A DNA stretch of 55,676 nucleotides, the filler included, from Sluysia triapertura (taxonomy: Eukaryota): the NCBI GenBank assembly GCA_046118255.1. It is 4 parts of 4 records of this genome, joined end to end, with 100 filler letters (N's around TTAATTAATTAA, not from the genome) between each part and the next. Parts side by side here need not be neighbours in the genome. Positions count along the whole stretch, not along the records: positions 44,587 to 55,676 come from JBJNIA010189042.1; 3 more parts are not named here. One strand, 5' to 3'. This document shows, piece after piece, positions 52,642 to 55,676 of the stretch (its first letter is position 1; each line of letters starts with the position of its first letter). The notes under the pieces were generated by a model, which made no database searches, was not told where the DNA came from, and worked only from the letters and a program-made list of their open reading frames with translations. The position numbers and the translations under genes are program-made.

Positions 52642-53160
52642 CTACACTTCTTTAAAGGGTTTTCCTTCTATTAATGTAACATAAGTTATTAATTCTTGTT
52701 GTAAACAAGTTTTTAATTTATCTATTAATGTTATTTCTTTATTATCTTCAGGGATTTTGGCTCTAACAACAAGGCTTTTAAGAGCAGAAACATATTCGTA
52801 TACATATTCATTTGGTTTTTGTATTCTAGTGTTTAAACTTTTAGCGTAATATTTACCCATATCATCAAGCGCTATTTCTTCTGTAAATGAATTAACAAAT
52901 TCATTCTAAGTTTGCTTATTATTATTACTTATTTCTTTATAAGTCTGGATAGCTACTCCAGTTAAATAATTTTTGATCCGTTTTATTTTCTCGGCTTCAT
53001 TCCAGCCGTTTGCTTCAGCTCTGCTTTCATATTCAAATTAGAAATCACAGAGATCTTCCTCTGATCCGTAATATTTTTTTCATTTCAGGTAATGCCATTA
53101 TTGGGCGCATTTCTCTGCTAACTGTGCCATATATTCCTTAAATTCATTAGGTAAAGCCAT
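52642..53160 (-). mobile_element. Ty3/Gypsy gag (capsid) remnant
   Basis: Reads FEYESRAEANGWNEAEKIKRIKNYLTGVAIQTY...LNTRIQKPNEYVYEYVSALKSLVVRA, with stops and a frameshift. Confidence 0.8.
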
Positions 53161-53229
53161 ATAATTCCTTAATTTTGATCTGTAATCTTCGTATAAAACA
53201 ATTTGCTTATCTAGTTTTCTTAAAACTTA

Positions 53230-55676
53230 ATTAATCAATTAATAATATTTTTTAATTCTTGGTCTTTTTCTGTTCAGTGACTAAATAATTTTTATCAAAA
53301 TTCCCCTTCAGCACAGCTAAACATGTTTCATTTTTTTCTAAGCGAGACATTAAATCTGCGTTTGAGTTTGCTTTTCCTTGTCGATATTTAATTTCTATAT
53401 TATACTCTTGTAACAATAATGACCAACGAATTAATCTCGATGACGTAACGGTTTTTGATCTGTATACAGATATACTGTCCTAGACCAAACATAATGATGA
53501 AATTGTTTTACCGCAAATATAATAGCTAAAGCTTCTTTTTCGATTGTTGAATAATTTTTCTCGTGTATTTTTAATGTTCGACTTGCGTATGCTATTGCAT
53601 GATCTTTACTATCATGTGTTTGTTTTTGTCCTAAAATAGCACCTATGACATATCCACTAGCGTCAGTCATTATGATGAAAGGACGACTCATGTCTGGGAA
53701 TCGTAAGATAGGATAATTCATAAGTTTCTCTTTCAATTCTTCAAACGCCTTTTGTTGCGCCCCTTGCCAATGAAATTTTGATTCTTTCTTTATACAAAGG
53801 ATGTGTTATTTTTGCGAAATTTTGAATAAATTTTCGATAATATCCTACTAATCCTAAAAATCTCTGCAATTTTTTTAACTGAATATGGTGCTTTAAAATG
53901 TTTTATTTTTTCAAAATTTCTTATACCTGATTGGATATCTTATTTTGATACAACATGACCTAAAAATGTTGCACTAGCTTTGGCCCATTCACACTTATTG
54001 GGTTTAATCTTCAATCCCACAGTTTCAAGACGCTGTAAAACCTGTGTTATATCTTCTATATGTTCTTCAAATGATACTGAATAAATAAGAATATCATCAA
54101 TATATACCATAGTGTGTGTCACATCCATCAATATGTGTGACATGCATCTCCCGTTAATCCAAAATGGAGAACGTTAAACTCAAACAATCCATTATGTGTA
54201 GCAAATTCTGTTTTAAACTTATCCTCTTCAGCAATTTCAATCTACCAATAGCCTCTTTGTAAATCTATAGATGTAAATAAGGTAGCATTATTTAGTTTAT
54301 CTAGCATTGCATCAATTCGCGGTAATGGGAATGTATCTTTTTTATTACATTATTTAATTTTCTATAATCAACACAATCTGAATTTTCCATCTTTCTTTTT
54401 TACCAAAACTATTGGAGAAGCCCATGGAGAAAAACTACGTCGTATCACATTATTCTGTTTGGTAACTTCGTCTGTAAGGGCGTTAGCTAATCTATATGGT
54501 TTTTGTTTATAGGTTTTTCGTCAGTAAGAGGTATATAGTGTTTTATAATGTTTGTTCGTCCTAGGTCGGTTTCATTTTTAGCAAAAACCGTCTGAAACTT
54601 GTTAAACAATTCCATCAAAATCTTGTTTTGTTCCTTTGATAAATAGTCAAAGTGAATATTTATTTGATTTATTACTTGAACATTTTTTACAGGTTCTTTG
54701 ACTGATTCTGCAGGTAATAAAGATCCAACATTAGTTCCCTTTCTCAATATCACATTAGAATTTGAATAATTTAATATTCTCAACGGGATAGTTTCATTAT
54801 TTGCATTAACTAGCTCATTCGCTAAAATTAATGGAGTTTCTGGTATTGTTCTTAATTTCGTTTGTTCAAAAAGTAAACCATTCTGCTGTACAAATCCAAT
54901 ATTAATTGGCACTAGTATTTCGCTCCATCTAGGAATCTCGATATCTACAGGTGCAACAAGATGCATACCCTCTATTGGTTTATTATCCAATGAGCGTAAT
55001 TTATTAATAGAGGGATCAAATACTATGTTATTTAATTGACACAATGTATTCATTCCTATAATGCATGGATAAGGCAAATTCTTTGCAATTAATACATTTT
55101 GATTTATGATTTGTTTTCCTACGGTTATATTACAATTCAATATTCCAACTAGTGTGATAGTATTTCCATACATTACAATAATTTTCATGTTAGTTTTTTA
55201 ATATACCTTGTCTGATAAGGTTTAAGTTCTAAATAATCCAACAATGTTGTAGACGATCCAGTATCTATTAAAGCCAATTTCCACTCATTATTTACTTGGA
55301 CTGCACTAGTGGGTTTATAGCTACTCCACTTGTAATATGTAGAATTCTAACGAAAGGAGCAGTTTTATTACCGTTTTTAAGACATTAATGTTCTAATTTG
55401 TCATCGATGTATGTCAGTACAATAGGTTCTTGCTTATGTACCGGTATTTGTTCTGCATGTTGATATACATCTGTTTTAGGAAATAATGGTGTGTATGATG
55501 ATGTCGTCTGCGATTGTATTTGTCTGGTTTTAATGTCCGTTTGTCGGGTGTACCTGTAAATTAACCTGATCTCATTCCCATTTTACTATTCTTTTATGGA
55601 AATGTTTTGACACAAATGGTCTCACTAAACATGGTATCAAGCCTAAGATTAATTTCCAGCTCAATCCAATCACTTT
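53230..55676 (-). mobile_element. Ty3/Gypsy pol (protease, spacer, RT, RNase H), decayed, integrase absent
   Basis: Motifs ALIDTGSS (~55260), [34 protein letters not shown], YIDD (~54100), TDASG...YASR..E.NYSTIEKEALAI and RWSLLLQEY...NADLMSRL. Multiple frameshifts. Confidence 0.95.

Overview
Very AT-rich eukaryotic (animal) genomic DNA, not prokaryotic. It consists of four contigs joined by artificial 100-bp linkers (44 N + TTAATTAATTAA + 44 N at 13672, 29443 and 44487). Recognisable host genes are spliced and mostly partial: an FN3/receptor-tyrosine-phosphatase-type ectodomain gene (-, 25014-28499), an SLC6 amino-acid/neurotransmitter transporter (+, 34331-42927) and P5C dehydrogenase ALDH4A1 (-, 45807-48193). 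The best hidden feature is absent from the ORF track: a complete two-exon, 72-aa neuropeptide precursor (-, 12091-12358) ending in RCQFNAITCF-GKRK, i.e. an amidated allatostatin-C/somatostatin-family peptide. The rest is dense with decayed mobile DNA (Ty3/Gypsy pol and gag, L2/CR1-type RT scraps, Tigger/pogo, Tc1/IS630, mariner, a piggyBac-type MITE, a tRNA-like SINE head). There are also multi-copy orphan ORF cassettes sharing a CCAAT-TATA module (one copy with a perfect heat-shock element) and a conserved splice-donor-containing hairpin. All translations and alignments were done by eye; no database searches were run.
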